Shown here piece after piece: positions 53,719-63,895 of a stretch of 64,000 nucleotides of DNA. The DNA lies in the NCBI GenBank assembly GCA_964473565.1, contig CAYYPI010000003.1, forward strand, positions 1,811-65,810, written 5' to 3'. Source of the stretch: an uncultured Gammaproteobacteria bacterium. GTDB taxonomy: Bacteria > Patescibacteriota > Patescibacteriia > Patescibacteriales > UBA12465. Under the pieces are notes generated by a model, which saw only the letters and a program-made list of their open reading frames with translations, made no database searches and was not told where the DNA came from. The position numbers were made by a program, and so were the translations under genes. Position 1 is the first letter of the stretch; every line of letters starts with the position of its first letter.

Positions 53719-54751
53719 ATTAGAACAAATTAAAATACAAGCTTTAAAAGATCTAGATGATTTAATGCAGAAAAAAAGCTTTGTTAATTTAGAAGAGAAT
53801 TTAAGAGCTTTGCGTGTTAAGTATTTAGGTAGAAAGGGAGAGCTCTCTCTTATCCTTAGAAATTTAAAGGATTTAAGTGTAGAAGAGAGAAAAGAAATTG
53901 GAGCTTTAGCTAATAGTATAAAAAATGAATTGGAAATTACTTTTAAAGAGAAAGAGGATGAAATATTGGGAGAAAAAGGAGGGGATTATGATATTAGTTT
54001 GCCAGGAAAAAAAATAAAAACAGGTCACCTTCATCCTTTAACTTTAATACAAAGAGATTTAGAGGAGATTTTTAAATCTTTGGGATTTTCAATACTAGAA
54101 GGGCCGGAACTCGAGAGTGATTATTATAATTTTGAAGCTTTAAACATTGATAAGCATCACCCTGCCAGAGATATGCAGGATACTTTTTATGTTAATTGGA
54201 ATAAAAATAAAAAGGATGAAAAATTAGTAATGAGAACACATACTTCTCCTGTACAAGTTAGAGCTATGCAAAAATATGGGGCTCCTCTTAAAGTTATCGT
54301 TCCAGGGAAAGTATTTAGAAATGAGGCTATTGATGCTTCTCATGAACATACTTTTTATCAGTTAGAAGGATTAATGATAGGTGAGGACATTTCTATCACT
54401 AACATGATTGCTTTAATGAAAGAACTACTAAAGGGTATATTTGAAAAAGAAGTTCCTGTGAGAATTAGACCAGGATTTTTTCCTTTCGTTGAGCCAGGAA
54501 TAGAGTTAGATATCTCTTGCCAACTTTGCGATGGTAAGGGCTGTAGTGTGTGTAAGCAAAGTGGATGGCTTGAACTTTTTCCTGCTGGTATGGTTCATCC
54601 ACGAGTACTTGAAGCTGGAGGTATAGATAGTAAGAAATATTCAGGATTTGCTTTTGGACTTGGTTTAACTAGATTAGTTATGATGAAGTATCATATTAAC
54701 GATATACGTTTATTTAATAGTGGAGACTTAAGATTCTTAGAACAATTTTAA
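53708..54751 (+). CDS. pheS: phenylalanine--tRNA ligase alpha subunit
   Basis: Class II motifs HPARDMQDTFY, FRNEAIDASHEHTFYQLEG and GFAFGLGLTRL. Confidence 0.95.
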   Translation: MKNKLEQIKIQALKDLDDLMQKKSFVNLEENLRALRVKYLGRKGELSLILRNLKDLSVEERKEIGALANSIKNELEITFKEKEDEILGEKGGDYDISLPGKKIKTGHLHPLTLIQRDLEEIFKSLGFSILEGPELESDYYNFEALNIDKHHPARDMQDTFYVNWNKNKKDEKLVMRTHTSPVQVRAMQKYGAPLKVIVPGKVFRNEAIDASHEHTFYQLEGLMIGEDISITNMIALMKELLKGIFEKEVPVRIRPGFFPFVEPGIELDISCQLCDGKGCSVCKQSGWLELFPAGMVHPRVLEAGGIDSKKYSGFAFGLGLTRLVMMKYHINDIRLFNSGDLRFLEQF

Positions 54752-54755
54752 AATT

Positions 54756-57185
54756 ATGTTTATATCACTTAACTTATTAGAGGAGTTTATACCTCTAAGA
54801 AAAAAATACAAAGCTCAAAGCCTAGCCCTAGATTTAACCATGCACACTGTAGAGGTTGAAGGTTATCAGGATTTATCAGATAAGTATAAACAAGTAGTTA
54901 TTGGTGAGGTTTTGGAAGTAAAAAAGCATCCACAAGCAGATAAGTTAAATATTGCTCAAGTTGATGTGGGTAAAGAAAAGCTTAGCATTGTTTGTGGTGC
55001 CTCTAATTTAGAAAAAGGTCAAAAAGTAGCAGTAGCCTTAGTAGGAGCTACCTTGCCAATTGGGCTCACTATCACTGAAGCTGAGATAAGAGGTGAGCAC
55101 TCACAAGGAATGATTTGTGCTGAGGATGAGCTAGGTCTAGGAGATGATCATGATGGAATCTTAGTTTTAGATAAGAAAGCTAAGCCAGGCCAAAGTTTAG
55201 CAAAGTATTTAGGTCTAGATGATGTAATAATTGAAATAGATAACAAGTCTCTTTCTAATAGACCTGATCTTTGGGGTCATTATGGTATTGCTAGAGAAAT
55301 AGCTGCTTTTTCCGGTATCAAATTGAAAGATTATGAAAAAGTGTTTAAATCTGAAATAAACATTAAAGAAGACAAAGATAAATTAAGTATAAAAGTTGAG
55401 GATGAAACTTTATGCCCATATTATAGTGCTGTAAAGGTAAAAAATATTAAAGTAAGCGAGTCTCCTTTGTGGCTTAAAAACATACTATTAGCCTCAGGTA
55501 TAAAACCTATCAACAACTTAGTTGATATTAGTAATTACGTTATGATTGAGTTGGGACAACCATTACATATATTTGATGCTAAAGATATAAACAAAATAGT
55601 AGTACGTAAAGCTAAAGAAGCTGAGAAAATTGAACTATTAGATAAAACTGAAAAAGAATTAAATTCAAATAATCTATTGATTACTAATGGTAAAGAGCCG
55701 TTGGCAATTGCTGGTATTATGGGAGGGCTGAGTAGCGCGGTTAAAGATGAAACTGAAGAGGTGATCGTAGAGTCTGCTAATTTTGAAGCGGTTAATATTA
55801 GAAAGAGTTCTTTAGATTTAGGACTTAGAACAGATGCTTCTAGTCGTTTTGAAAAATCCTTAGATCTTAATCTCTGCCCTTTAGCGCTAAAAAGAGTTTT
55901 AGATTTAATGATACAGATTATTCCAGATATTGAAATAGATTCTCAAATTACTGCTAGTGCTGATATTGAAGAAAATATAAAAGTGATTGATTTAAATTTA
56001 GATTGGTTAAATAAAAGAATAGGAAAAGAGATTGATAGAAAAAGAGTAATTGAAATACTTGTTAATCTGGGTTTTGAAATAGAAAATGATGAAAAGGAGA
56101 ACTTGCAAGTTAAAGTTCCTAGTTACAGAGCTACAAAAGATGTATCAATCGCTGAAGATCTTTTAGAGGAAATAAGTAGAATGATTGGTTATGATAATTT
56201 AGAGCCAGCTTCACCAAGTAGTGTTTTAGAGGTTCCTATTATTAGTCGCAATCACAAGATTATTGAAAAAATTAAAGATATTTTAGCAAAAGATATTAAT
56301 TTAACTGAAGTTCATAATTATTCTTTTGTTGGAACAAAACAATTAAACAAGTTAGGAATAAGTTATGATAATTATTTAAGTTTAGCCAACCCTTTAACTG
56401 AACATCATACTTTACTGAGACAAGATTTAATTGTAAATATCTTAGAAAATATTAAAACTAATCAAGCTAGATATAAGAATATTGAAGTTTTTGAATTAGG
56501 GGAAGTTTATTTAAATGTTTCGGGTGATTTACACCAAAACTATTTAAAACAAAGCTACCTTCCACATCAAGAAAAAAAATTAACTATCTGCTTAGCTTCT
56601 GAAACAGAGCAAATACAAAGAATGAAAGATATTTTGCAAACCTTTGTAAATAAATTGTTAAATGTTGAAAGAGAGATTTCTTTTCAAGCTTTTGAATTTG
56701 TTCCTGCTTGGGCTAGCAAGCAAAAAAGCGCTTTAGTTAAATATGAATCTAAGGATATAGCATATATATATACTTTAAATAAAAAAATAGCTAAAGATTT
56801 AGGAATAAAAAAACAGGTAGTTGTTAGTGAGCTTAATTTTAAAGCAATAAAAGATTTATTAAAAGAACAGGATGATAAAAAGTATATTAAACTTGCTAAG
56901 TTTCCTGCCTTAGAGAGAGATTTAGCCTTTTTGGTTGATAAGAAAGTTCCTTATAAAGATTTAAAAGATGATATGATTGGCTTTGATGACTTGATTGAAG
57001 ATGTTGAGCTTTTTGATGTATACCAAGGGGAGAATATCGATGATACTAGTAAAAGCTTGGCTTTTCATGTAAAATATAGATTGCAGGAGAGAACACTCGA
57101 GGCCAAAGAAGTAGATGCAGTACAGGCAAAACTAATTACATATTTACAAGAGAAGTATAAAGCAAAAATTAGAGATTCTAAATAA
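54756..57185 (+). CDS. pheT: phenylalanine--tRNA ligase beta subunit
   Basis: 809 aa. Has an N-terminal tRNA-binding OB domain (GEVLEVKKHPQADKLNIAQVDVG), B3/4 and B5 domains, and a C-terminal FDX-ACB domain. Confidence 0.95.
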   Translation: MFISLNLLEEFIPLRKKYKAQSLALDLTMHTVEVEGYQDLSDKYKQVVIGEVLEVKKHPQADKLNIAQVDVGKEKLSIVCGASNLEKGQKVAVALVGATLPIGLTITEAEIRGEHSQGMICAEDELGLGDDHDGILVLDKKAKPGQSLAKYLGLDDVIIEIDNKSLSNRPDLWGHYGIAREIAAFSGIKLKDYEKVFKSEINIKEDKDKLSIKVEDETLCPYYSAVKVKNIKVSESPLWLKNILLASGIKPINNLVDISNYVMIELGQPLHIFDAKDINKIVVRKAKEAEKIELLDKTEKELNSNNLLITNGKEPLAIAGIMGGLSSAVKDETEEVIVESANFEAVNIRKSSLDLGLRTDASSRFEKSLDLNLCPLALKRVLDLMIQIIPDIEIDSQITASADIEENIKVIDLNLDWLNKRIGKEIDRKRVIEILVNLGFEIENDEKENLQVKVPSYRATKDVSIAEDLLEEISRMIGYDNLEPASPSSVLEVPIISRNHKIIEKIKDILAKDINLTEVHNYSFVGTKQLNKLGISYDNYLSLANPLTEHHTLLRQDLIVNILENIKTNQARYKNIEVFELGEVYLNVSGDLHQNYLKQSYLPHQEKKLTICLASETEQIQRMKDILQTFVNKLLNVEREISFQAFEFVPAWASKQKSALVKYESKDIAYIYTLNKKIAKDLGIKKQVVVSELNFKAIKDLLKEQDDKKYIKLAKFPALERDLAFLVDKKVPYKDLKDDMIGFDDLIEDVELFDVYQGENIDDTSKSLAFHVKYRLQERTLEAKEVDAVQAKLITYLQEKYKAKIRDSK

Positions 57186-57236
57186 TTAACATAGTCAGGT
57201 CAGCTTTATAGAGGTGGCTTGCTAATATAAAAATAT

Positions 57237-57575
57237 ATGTTTGAAACAAGTGGGGATATATTAAATTTAGTTATTGCTATTTCTGTTTTACTTTTTACTA
57301 TTTTTTTAGTTTGGACTATTTATTATGTTTTAGCCAGTTTAAGGAAAGTATACAAAATTGTAAATGAGCTTGATCATGGAGTTAAAAAAGTTTTAGAAGC
57401 TATAGATAGCATAAAAGAAAAAGTAAATAAGAGCACTTCTTATTTGTATGTAGCAGGGGAAGTTGCAAAAAATGTTGTTAATTTGATGAAGGATAAAATC
57501 TCTAAAGATGATGAAGGTGATATAAATGATATTAAAGAAAAAGTTAAGAAAGCTAAAAAGAAAAAGAAAAAATAA
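57237..57575 (+). CDS. small membrane-anchored hypothetical protein with a Lys-rich tail
   Basis: 112 aa with one TM (LNLVIAISVLLFTIFLVWTIYYVL). C-terminal KKAKKKKKK. Confidence 0.45.
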   Translation: MFETSGDILNLVIAISVLLFTIFLVWTIYYVLASLRKVYKIVNELDHGVKKVLEAIDSIKEKVNKSTSYLYVAGEVAKNVVNLMKDKISKDDEGDINDIKEKVKKAKKKKKK

Positions 57576-57600
57576 GAAATTGAAAATAATTAAAGCAAAT

Positions 57601-57631
57601 AAAAAAGTGGACTGAAGTATCCACTTTTTTT
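57601..57631. terminator. bidirectional intrinsic terminator
   Basis: AAAAAA, then GTGGA-CTGAAGTA-TCCAC hairpin, then TTTTTTT. It lies between convergent genes. Confidence 0.75.
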
Positions 57632-57647
57632 CTTATAAAAATTGTTG

Positions 57648-59900
57648 TTATTTCTTTGCTTCACTGTAGTCACAAGATCTATTACTACATCCCAAACTAT
57701 CACCTTTATCTAAGAGTAGATTATCACATTCAGGACAGTTTTTGTTAACTGGTTTGTTGGAGTAGATATTTTTACAATCTGGATAATTATCGCAGGCATA
57801 AAAAGGACCACGTTTACCAAATCTTTTAACAATTTTTCCTTTTTCACATTTAGTGCAAGTAATATCCTCTGTGTTATCACCTGGTTGCTTAATGTTTTTA
57901 ATATTTTTACATTTTGGATAATTACTACAACCTTTGAAATATCCATACTTACCTTTTTTAACAGTCATTTCTGATCCACATTTTTCACATTTCTCTTCTT
58001 TAAACTCTTCTTTTAGTTTTTCTAATTCTTTATCTACTTTAGCCACACCACCTTTACCTAATGGTTTAGCGTTCTTGCAGTCAGGGAAATTACCGCAGGC
58101 TAAAAATTTGCCATAACGTCCAGTTTTAATAATCATTTTAGATCCACACTTATCACAGATCTCTTTGCTTTCTTCTTCAGGCATAATATCTTGTTTATTA
58201 ATTTCATTATATTTATTTTCTAAGTTTTGATGGAAGTCTTTATAAAAGTTATCTACCACTGGCACCCACTCTTTATTGCCTGAAGATATTTCATCTAAAT
58301 CTTTTTCTAAAGTAGCTGTGAATTTAAAATCTACAATTTTAGGGAAGTGTTTTTTTAAGAGATCAATTACTACGAAAGCAATATCTGTAGGAAATAATCT
58401 TTTACTGTCATCTCTGTTTACGTAATTTCTGGTAATTATTGTAGAAATAGTCGGGGCATAAGTTGATGGTCTTCCAATGCCATGTTTTTCCATTTCCTTA
58501 ACCAGACCAGCATCACTATAGCGAGCTGGGGGCTGCGTGAAGTGTTGCTTATCTTCTAATTTTTCTAATTTTAATTTTTCATTTTTTTCTAATTCAGGAA
58601 ACTCTATTTGCTGACTTTTTTCTGGATATACTTCTAGATAACCTTTAAAGGTAGTTATTTGACCAGTACTTCTAAATTCATAAGGAGTATCTAAGGCTGT
58701 GATGTCACAAGTTGTTGAAAGTGTTTTAGCTGGCTTCATTTGACTAGCAACAGATCTTTGCCATATTAATTTATATAATTTATATTGTTGCGGCGTTAAT
58801 GAGTCTTTCAATTTGTCTGGAGTATTAAGCGCTGAAGTTGGCCTTATTGCTTCGTGTGCTTCTTGAGCGCTTTTAGATTTTGTTTTATAAACATTAGCTT
58901 TATCAGGTAAATATTTATCTGAAAACTCTTTGTTTATGTAAGTTCTAGCATCTTCAATAAAAGTTTTTGAAAGGTTTAAAGAATCTGTTCTCATGTAAGT
59001 AATTAAACCTACGTGTCCTTCTCCTTTAACGTCAACACCTTCATAGAGTTGTTGAGCAATCATCATGGTTTGTTTAGAACTAAAACCAAGCCAGCGATTA
59101 GCTGTTTGCTGCAGTGTTGAGGTTGTAAAGGGTTTAGGGGGATTCTTTAAATTTTCTTTAGTGCTAATATCTTTTATTTGGTATTCTTTATCTTTTAAAT
59201 TATTAGTTATTTCTTGAGCCTCTTTCTCATTTTTAATAGCCATTTTAGAAACAGTTTTATCATCTATCTTATTAAGTTTAGATAAAAGAGGCATATCTTC
59301 ATCTTTCTCACTTCTAAAGTCAGCTTCAATGGTCCAATATTCTTCTTCTTTAAAAGCCTGCCTTTCTTTCTCTCTTTCTACCACCAGTCTAACTGCTACA
59401 CTCTGCACTCTTCCAGCACTAAGTCCTTTGACTACTTTTTTCCATAGAAAAGGAGAGAGTTCGTAACCAACTAATCTGTCTAGTATTCTCCTGGCTTGCT
59501 GGGCATTTACCATTTTATGGTCTATTCCTTTAGGATTTTTTAGAGCCTCTTCAATTGCTGGTTTAGTAATTTCATGAAAAACAATTCTTTTGGTTTCTTC
59601 TTCTGGTATTTTTAAAGCTTTTACTAAATGCCAAGCAATAGCTTCTCCTTCACGATCTTCATCTGAAGCTAAAATAATCTCATCAGCTTTCTCAGCTAGC
59701 TTTTTTAATTTGCTAACATTCTTTTTAGCTTTGCTTGGAATAATGTATTGAGGTTCATAGTTATTTTCTATATCAATACCCATTTTACTTTTAGGTAAAT
59801 CTCTAATATGCCCAAAAGAAGATTCTAGTTTATAACCAGAACCAATAAATTTTGCTATAGTTTTTGCCTTAGTAGGACTCTCTACTATTATTAATTTCAT
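57648..59900 (-). CDS. topA: DNA topoisomerase I
   Basis: Toprim N-terminus MKLIIVESPTKAK, the active-site region TYMRTDS, and four C-terminal CxxC..CxxC zinc ribbons. I prefer ATG at 59900 over the track's TTG at 59936. Confidence 0.95.
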   Translation of the reverse strand: MKLIIVESPTKAKTIAKFIGSGYKLESSFGHIRDLPKSKMGIDIENNYEPQYIIPSKAKKNVSKLKKLAEKADEIILASDEDREGEAIAWHLVKALKIPEEETKRIVFHEITKPAIEEALKNPKGIDHKMVNAQQARRILDRLVGYELSPFLWKKVVKGLSAGRVQSVAVRLVVEREKERQAFKEEEYWTIEADFRSEKDEDMPLLSKLNKIDDKTVSKMAIKNEKEAQEITNNLKDKEYQIKDISTKENLKNPPKPFTTSTLQQTANRWLGFSSKQTMMIAQQLYEGVDVKGEGHVGLITYMRTDSLNLSKTFIEDARTYINKEFSDKYLPDKANVYKTKSKSAQEAHEAIRPTSALNTPDKLKDSLTPQQYKLYKLIWQRSVASQMKPAKTLSTTCDITALDTPYEFRSTGQITTFKGYLEVYPEKSQQIEFPELEKNEKLKLEKLEDKQHFTQPPARYSDAGLVKEMEKHGIGRPSTYAPTISTIITRNYVNRDDSKRLFPTDIAFVVIDLLKKHFPKIVDFKFTATLEKDLDEISSGNKEWVPVVDNFYKDFHQNLENKYNEINKQDIMPEEESKEICDKCGSKMIIKTGRYGKFLACGNFPDCKNAKPLGKGGVAKVDKELEKLKEEFKEEKCEKCGSEMTVKKGKYGYFKGCSNYPKCKNIKNIKQPGDNTEDITCTKCEKGKIVKRFGKRGPFYACDNYPDCKNIYSNKPVNKNCPECDNLLLDKGDSLGCSNRSCDYSEAKK

Positions 59901-60036
59901 GATTTTAAGATAAGTTTGTATAATCTTAGTGTACAATTTAAGTAATTATTGTCAAGCAAATATAGTTTAGCAAGCTTTTATTAAAAATAAATAAAAAATT
60001 ATTTAAACTTAGTATTAAATAAAATACCGACCTTAT

Positions 60037-60597
60037 TTATAGGCCGGTTTTTTCTTGTATCTGTGGTTTTAAGTTATTCCAAGCTCTTTTTATACTTTCA
60101 AATTCTTGATTTTTTAATTTACTTAGTACGTATTTTTCTGTAGGAATATTTTGATCTGCAGCTGCTTTTTTTATACCTATCCTTATTCTAATAAAGTTTT
60201 TTGTTTTAATGTGAGAGATAATACTAGCTACTCCCTTATGTCCAGCGCTGGAAGAATCCTCAGATATTTTTATCTTACCTAATTCAATATCTAAGTCATC
60301 ATGTATTACTATTAATGTATTACTCAAATCATAGTTCTTTTTTTGGAACAATCCCCAGGTTTTTGGAGTTAATTTGTAGTAATGCAAAACTTTAGAAACA
60401 GCCTCGCCAGATTTGTTCATATAAGTTTGAGGTTTAACATATAAGTTTCCAGCTTCTTGGTATACTAAGCTATTGAGTTTTTTATTTTCTTGCCAGTTTG
60501 GTTCTTCTAAATACCAATCTAAAATATCAAAACCAATATTGTGTTTAGTTTTATTATATTTGTCGTCAGGATTGCCTAGACCAACTATTATTTTCAT
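60037..60597 (-). CDS. pth: peptidyl-tRNA hydrolase
   Basis: MKIIVGLGNPDDKYNKTKHNIGF and the GHKGV motif. Confidence 0.95.
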   Translation of the reverse strand: MKIIVGLGNPDDKYNKTKHNIGFDILDWYLEEPNWQENKKLNSLVYQEAGNLYVKPQTYMNKSGEAVSKVLHYYKLTPKTWGLFQKKNYDLSNTLIVIHDDLDIELGKIKISEDSSSAGHKGVASIISHIKTKNFIRIRIGIKKAAADQNIPTEKYVLSKLKNQEFESIKRAWNNLKPQIQEKTGL

Positions 60598-60599
60598 AT

Positions 60600-62018
60600 T
60601 TATTTACGCTTTAACCAAGTTTTGATTGGTGTGCCAATAAAGCCATGGAATTTTCTTAATTGGTTTTCTATAAAACGAAGATAGGTAGGGTTTAGGGTAT
60701 CGTTTGGACCTATGGTAATTTCAAACACGGGTGGACCAGCCTCTCTTTGTTTAATAGTTTTTATGTGAGGTCTTTTATAACCCTTACCTTTTGTTGGTTT
60801 ATGTATTTTTACAATATTTAAAAGAAAATCATGAAGTTCTTGAGTTTCTAATTTTTGATTTCTTTCATTATTTACTTGTACTATTAATTCTAATAGTGAA
60901 TATATTTTTTTAGAAATAATATCTTTATTTTTTTCTTCTCCCTCAGCTTTGTTGGTTTTAATTATATCATTTTTCTTTGCTTGGCAAGAGATAAAGATAA
61001 TAGGGGCCCAAGTAATAAAAGGTAGGTGCTTATATATTTCAGCTGTTTGTTCTTTAGTGTCTTTATTTTCAAATAAGTCCCATTTATTAGCAATAATAAT
61101 TAAACTTTTTTGGTGTTCAATAATCTCATCTACTAATTTAGAATCTTGCATAGTTAATCCTTCATTAACGTCGATGACTAAAAGTACTATATCTGAACGC
61201 CTCATGGCAGTTAAAGATTTGCTAACACTGCTTTTTCCTAAAACATCCAGTTTCCTAAACTTTTTATTTATACCAGCAGTATCTACTAAAGTAATTTTTT
61301 CATCTTTGTATTTAATAGGAGTATCTTGAGGCTCTCTGGTTGTGTGAGCTGTTTCACTTACTACTACTCTTTCATAACCTAGAATTTTATTTAATAAAGA
61401 TGATTTACCAACATTTGGTTTTCCTAAAATGCAAACTTTAACACCTTGCTCTTCTAATTCTGGTATTTTACTTTCATCAGGGGCTTTAACTAAAGTAGCA
61501 ATCTCGTCTAAGAGATCTCCTGTGCCTGAGCCGGTAGCAGATGATACTGGTATTGGCTCTTGAAGGCCTAGTTTATAAAACTCTGCACTTTCTGGTAGAT
61601 GCTTGAAATTGTCCACTTTGTTTACTACTAAAATAGTTTTCTTCCTTAGCTCTTTTTGAGTGTTTATATATTTAGCTAGTTCTATATCCTGAGACACAAC
61701 TCCGGTATGATTATCAACGGTAAAAAGTATTAAATCAGCTTTTTTAAGATAAAATTCAGCTTGTTTTTTCAAGCCTTCTTCCACGCTTCCTTTATCTTTT
61801 TTAGAGCCAGGACTATAATCCCAACCAGCTAAATCAATTAATTGGAATATTTTTCCTTGCCATTTTGATATAGCAATATTAGAGTCTCTGGTAGTACCAG
61901 GAACCTCAGAAATTAAAGCTTTATTTTTTTCAGCTAGACGGTTAAATAGAGTAGATTTTCCTACATTTGTACGTCCAAAAATTACTACCAATGGTAATTT
62001 TGTTTTTGAATTTTCCAT
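60600..62018 (-). CDS. der: ribosome-associated GTPase Der/EngA
   Basis: Two GTPase domains (GRTNVGKST and GKPNVGKSS; NKVD and NKWD) plus a C-terminal KH-like domain. Confidence 0.95.
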   Translation of the reverse strand: MENSKTKLPLVVIFGRTNVGKSTLFNRLAEKNKALISEVPGTTRDSNIAISKWQGKIFQLIDLAGWDYSPGSKKDKGSVEEGLKKQAEFYLKKADLILFTVDNHTGVVSQDIELAKYINTQKELRKKTILVVNKVDNFKHLPESAEFYKLGLQEPIPVSSATGSGTGDLLDEIATLVKAPDESKIPELEEQGVKVCILGKPNVGKSSLLNKILGYERVVVSETAHTTREPQDTPIKYKDEKITLVDTAGINKKFRKLDVLGKSSVSKSLTAMRRSDIVLLVIDVNEGLTMQDSKLVDEIIEHQKSLIIIANKWDLFENKDTKEQTAEIYKHLPFITWAPIIFISCQAKKNDIIKTNKAEGEEKNKDIISKKIYSLLELIVQVNNERNQKLETQELHDFLLNIVKIHKPTKGKGYKRPHIKTIKQREAGPPVFEITIGPNDTLNPTYLRFIENQLRKFHGFIGTPIKTWLKRK

Positions 62019-62025
62019 ATTTAAA

Positions 62026-63525
62026 TTAATTAGCGCCTAAAATAATAATTAGATCAGGTTTGATAATATTTTCTTCCTCAGCTCTTTCACTAATATAATC
62101 TTTAAGCCATTTAGGCAATATAGTGCTGGAGCTTGCTGAAAGTTCTTCCTCTAATATCTTAAGGGCATTTTCCTTATCACCAAAGCTTAAATCATATATC
62201 TTAGTACTATTGTTATTGGATTGAGGAGAATTGTCAATGTTTGTGACTGTGAAATCAATGCTTTCAAGATTTTCAGCAGTTTCAGAAGCAAGTCCGTTAA
62301 TAGTGGTTCCATTTAATATTTCTACTTTTGTATCCTCTTCAACGATTAATTTTTCTTCTTCTGGTTCAGGTTTTTCAGGCTCAACAAAGTTTTCTTGACT
62401 ATATTCACTATGAGTATTTTCAGTATCTCCAAATATATCTTGTATTAAAGTTGCTATGTTTTTGTAATTACCTGTTTTTGGTACTAAAATATAAGCGCCG
62501 CCAGCACTTCTGGTGGCATAGAGATAATTATCAGGAGCATCATTTAGCACATAGTTGTTAATCTTATCTGACTCTACATCTTTAAATAAATTCCACATTT
62601 TTACTATTTCAGAAATAGTAAAGTTAGTTTCTAGATTGTCGTCTACGTGATTTATCACTTTAGAGATTAAGCCAGGCTTAAGGTAGGCATAACTAGAAAA
62701 AACTTTATCTTTAATAGCTTCAATTATTTTTTGTTGTCTTTTAGCTCTAGCAAAATCTGAACCTTCAATACCTTGAGCATGTCTTGAGCGAGCATATTTT
62801 AAAGCAAGACTTCCATCCATGGTTTGCATTCCTTTTTCTATATGTAGGTGTTCATAACGGCTATAATAATTAGGATTATTTTCTTCTCCTGAAATAGGAT
62901 ATTTATAATCATCAAGAGTGTTTTCTACATCAACTTCCAGTCCACCTAGCTCATCAACAATTTTAACAAATCCTTCAAAATCAATTTTAACATTATAATG
63001 TATTTCTATATTAAAAAGACTTTCTAAGGTTCGATTTAATTCAGCTAAGCCAGTTCCTTCTTGATTAGATTCAGCATAAGCATTAATGTTATTTATCTTT
63101 ATCCAACCATAATCAGGCCAAGGTACAGACATGTCTCTAGGAATAGAGATCATAGCCACCTCCTTAGTTGATGGCTTCATACTTACTAAAATAATAGTAT
63201 CAGTTAACTCTGCTCCATCATGATTAGCTCCGCCAACTCCAGTTAAAAGCACATTAATACGATCTTGCTTTTCACCAGCTAAACTTTTTTCACCAGTACT
63301 TGCAAGATGTTTTATTTTACCCCAAAAAGACATGTTGGATAGCCAAGATTCTGAGCTTTGGCTGGAAATGAGTGCTGTGCTTGAGAAAATAAAAAATCCT
63401 ATAATCATAAATACTAGTAGATATGAGAATAGTCTAAAACTACGTTTAAGTTTGCTAGGTTTAGGTGTTTCCTCTTCTTGCCAAGATTTTTCTTGGGCTT
63501 CCATTTTTTCTTGAAAATCTATCAT
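62026..63525 (-). CDS. LCP (LytR-CpsA-Psr) family protein with C-terminal LytR_C-like domain
   Basis: N-terminal TM. LCP core seen as INVLLTGVGG...LTDTIILVSM...SIPRDM and ARSRH. The C-terminal domain begins VEILNGTTINGLA. Confidence 0.85.
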   Translation of the reverse strand: MIDFQEKMEAQEKSWQEEETPKPSKLKRSFRLFSYLLVFMIIGFFIFSSTALISSQSSESWLSNMSFWGKIKHLASTGEKSLAGEKQDRINVLLTGVGGANHDGAELTDTIILVSMKPSTKEVAMISIPRDMSVPWPDYGWIKINNINAYAESNQEGTGLAELNRTLESLFNIEIHYNVKIDFEGFVKIVDELGGLEVDVENTLDDYKYPISGEENNPNYYSRYEHLHIEKGMQTMDGSLALKYARSRHAQGIEGSDFARAKRQQKIIEAIKDKVFSSYAYLKPGLISKVINHVDDNLETNFTISEIVKMWNLFKDVESDKINNYVLNDAPDNYLYATRSAGGAYILVPKTGNYKNIATLIQDIFGDTENTHSEYSQENFVEPEKPEPEEEKLIVEEDTKVEILNGTTINGLASETAENLESIDFTVTNIDNSPQSNNNSTKIYDLSFGDKENALKILEEELSASSSTILPKWLKDYISERAEEENIIKPDLIIILGAN

Positions 63526-63557
63526 AAAAAATTAAAAGTCTATACTTAAGTCTATTT

Positions 63558-63586
63558 ATTATATAAGTAATATACTTTTTTGACAA
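63558..63586 (-). promoter_or_regulatory. consensus-like sigma70 promoter of the LCP-der-pth-topA gene string
   Basis: On the minus strand: TTGTCA, a 17-nt spacer, then TATAAT. It ends about 32 nt upstream of the ATG at 63525. Confidence 0.55.
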
Positions 63587-63824
63587 CTTTTGCTAAAATA
63601 TAAATAACTCCATTAAAATATTTAAGTTTTAGACAAATTATTTTAGTTTAGCTTGGAAATTTGAAAGGTCTTGGCCTTTTAAAAACAAGTGAATGGATTA
63701 AAACAATTATTTTAAGGTTTAAGAAGGTTCTTTACTTTTTTAAACCTTAAACTGATTTATCTTTATTGGTTTCCATTTGTTATTAGCTAAAATCTTAAAT
63801 AAACTTTAATGGAGTTTTTTATTG

Positions 63825-63895
63825 TCGGGATGCCAGGAATCGAACCTGGGCTACAAGCACCCCATGCCCGCGTACTACCATTATACTACACCCCG
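63825..63895 (-). tRNA. tRNA-Pro (anticodon GGG)
   Basis: CGGGGTGTAGTATAATGGTAGTACGCGGGCATGGGGTGCTTGTAGCCCAGGTTCGATTCCTGGCATCCCGA. It has the C1-G72 pair typical of bacterial tRNA-Pro. Confidence 0.9.

Noticed and set aside
41026-57185. Clustering of six aminoacyl-tRNA synthetase genes (tyrS-argS-glyQS, valS, pheS-pheT) as a special system
   Set aside because: The genes are canonical, full length and carry normal signatures. The clustering is most simply a consequence of a small, housekeeping-dense genome. No shared regulatory element was found.
3257-63514. About 35 short ORFs (60-131 aa) lying antisense to or inside long conserved genes. Examples: 3257-3490, 7796-8020, 10235-10441, 11054-11422, 14436-14756, 17822-18049, 18242-18493, 18977-19171, 19654-19920, 19905-20111, 21130-21459, 22700-22912, 23708-24016, 25851-26153, 26582-26977, 28969-29178, 29246-29476, 32160-32426, 36658-36873, 38569-38802, 41616-41864, 43342-43614, 44153-44377, 44514-44696, 46695-46952, 50285-50617, 51847-52041, 52248-52559, 57710-57946, 57934-58116, 60949-61329, 62328-62561, 63332-63514.
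   Set aside because: Each overlaps a gene with clear family signatures on the other strand or frame. Their translations are low-complexity S/F/L/I-rich, as expected from reading AT-rich or K/E-rich coding sequence in the wrong frame. None shows a recognisable motif.
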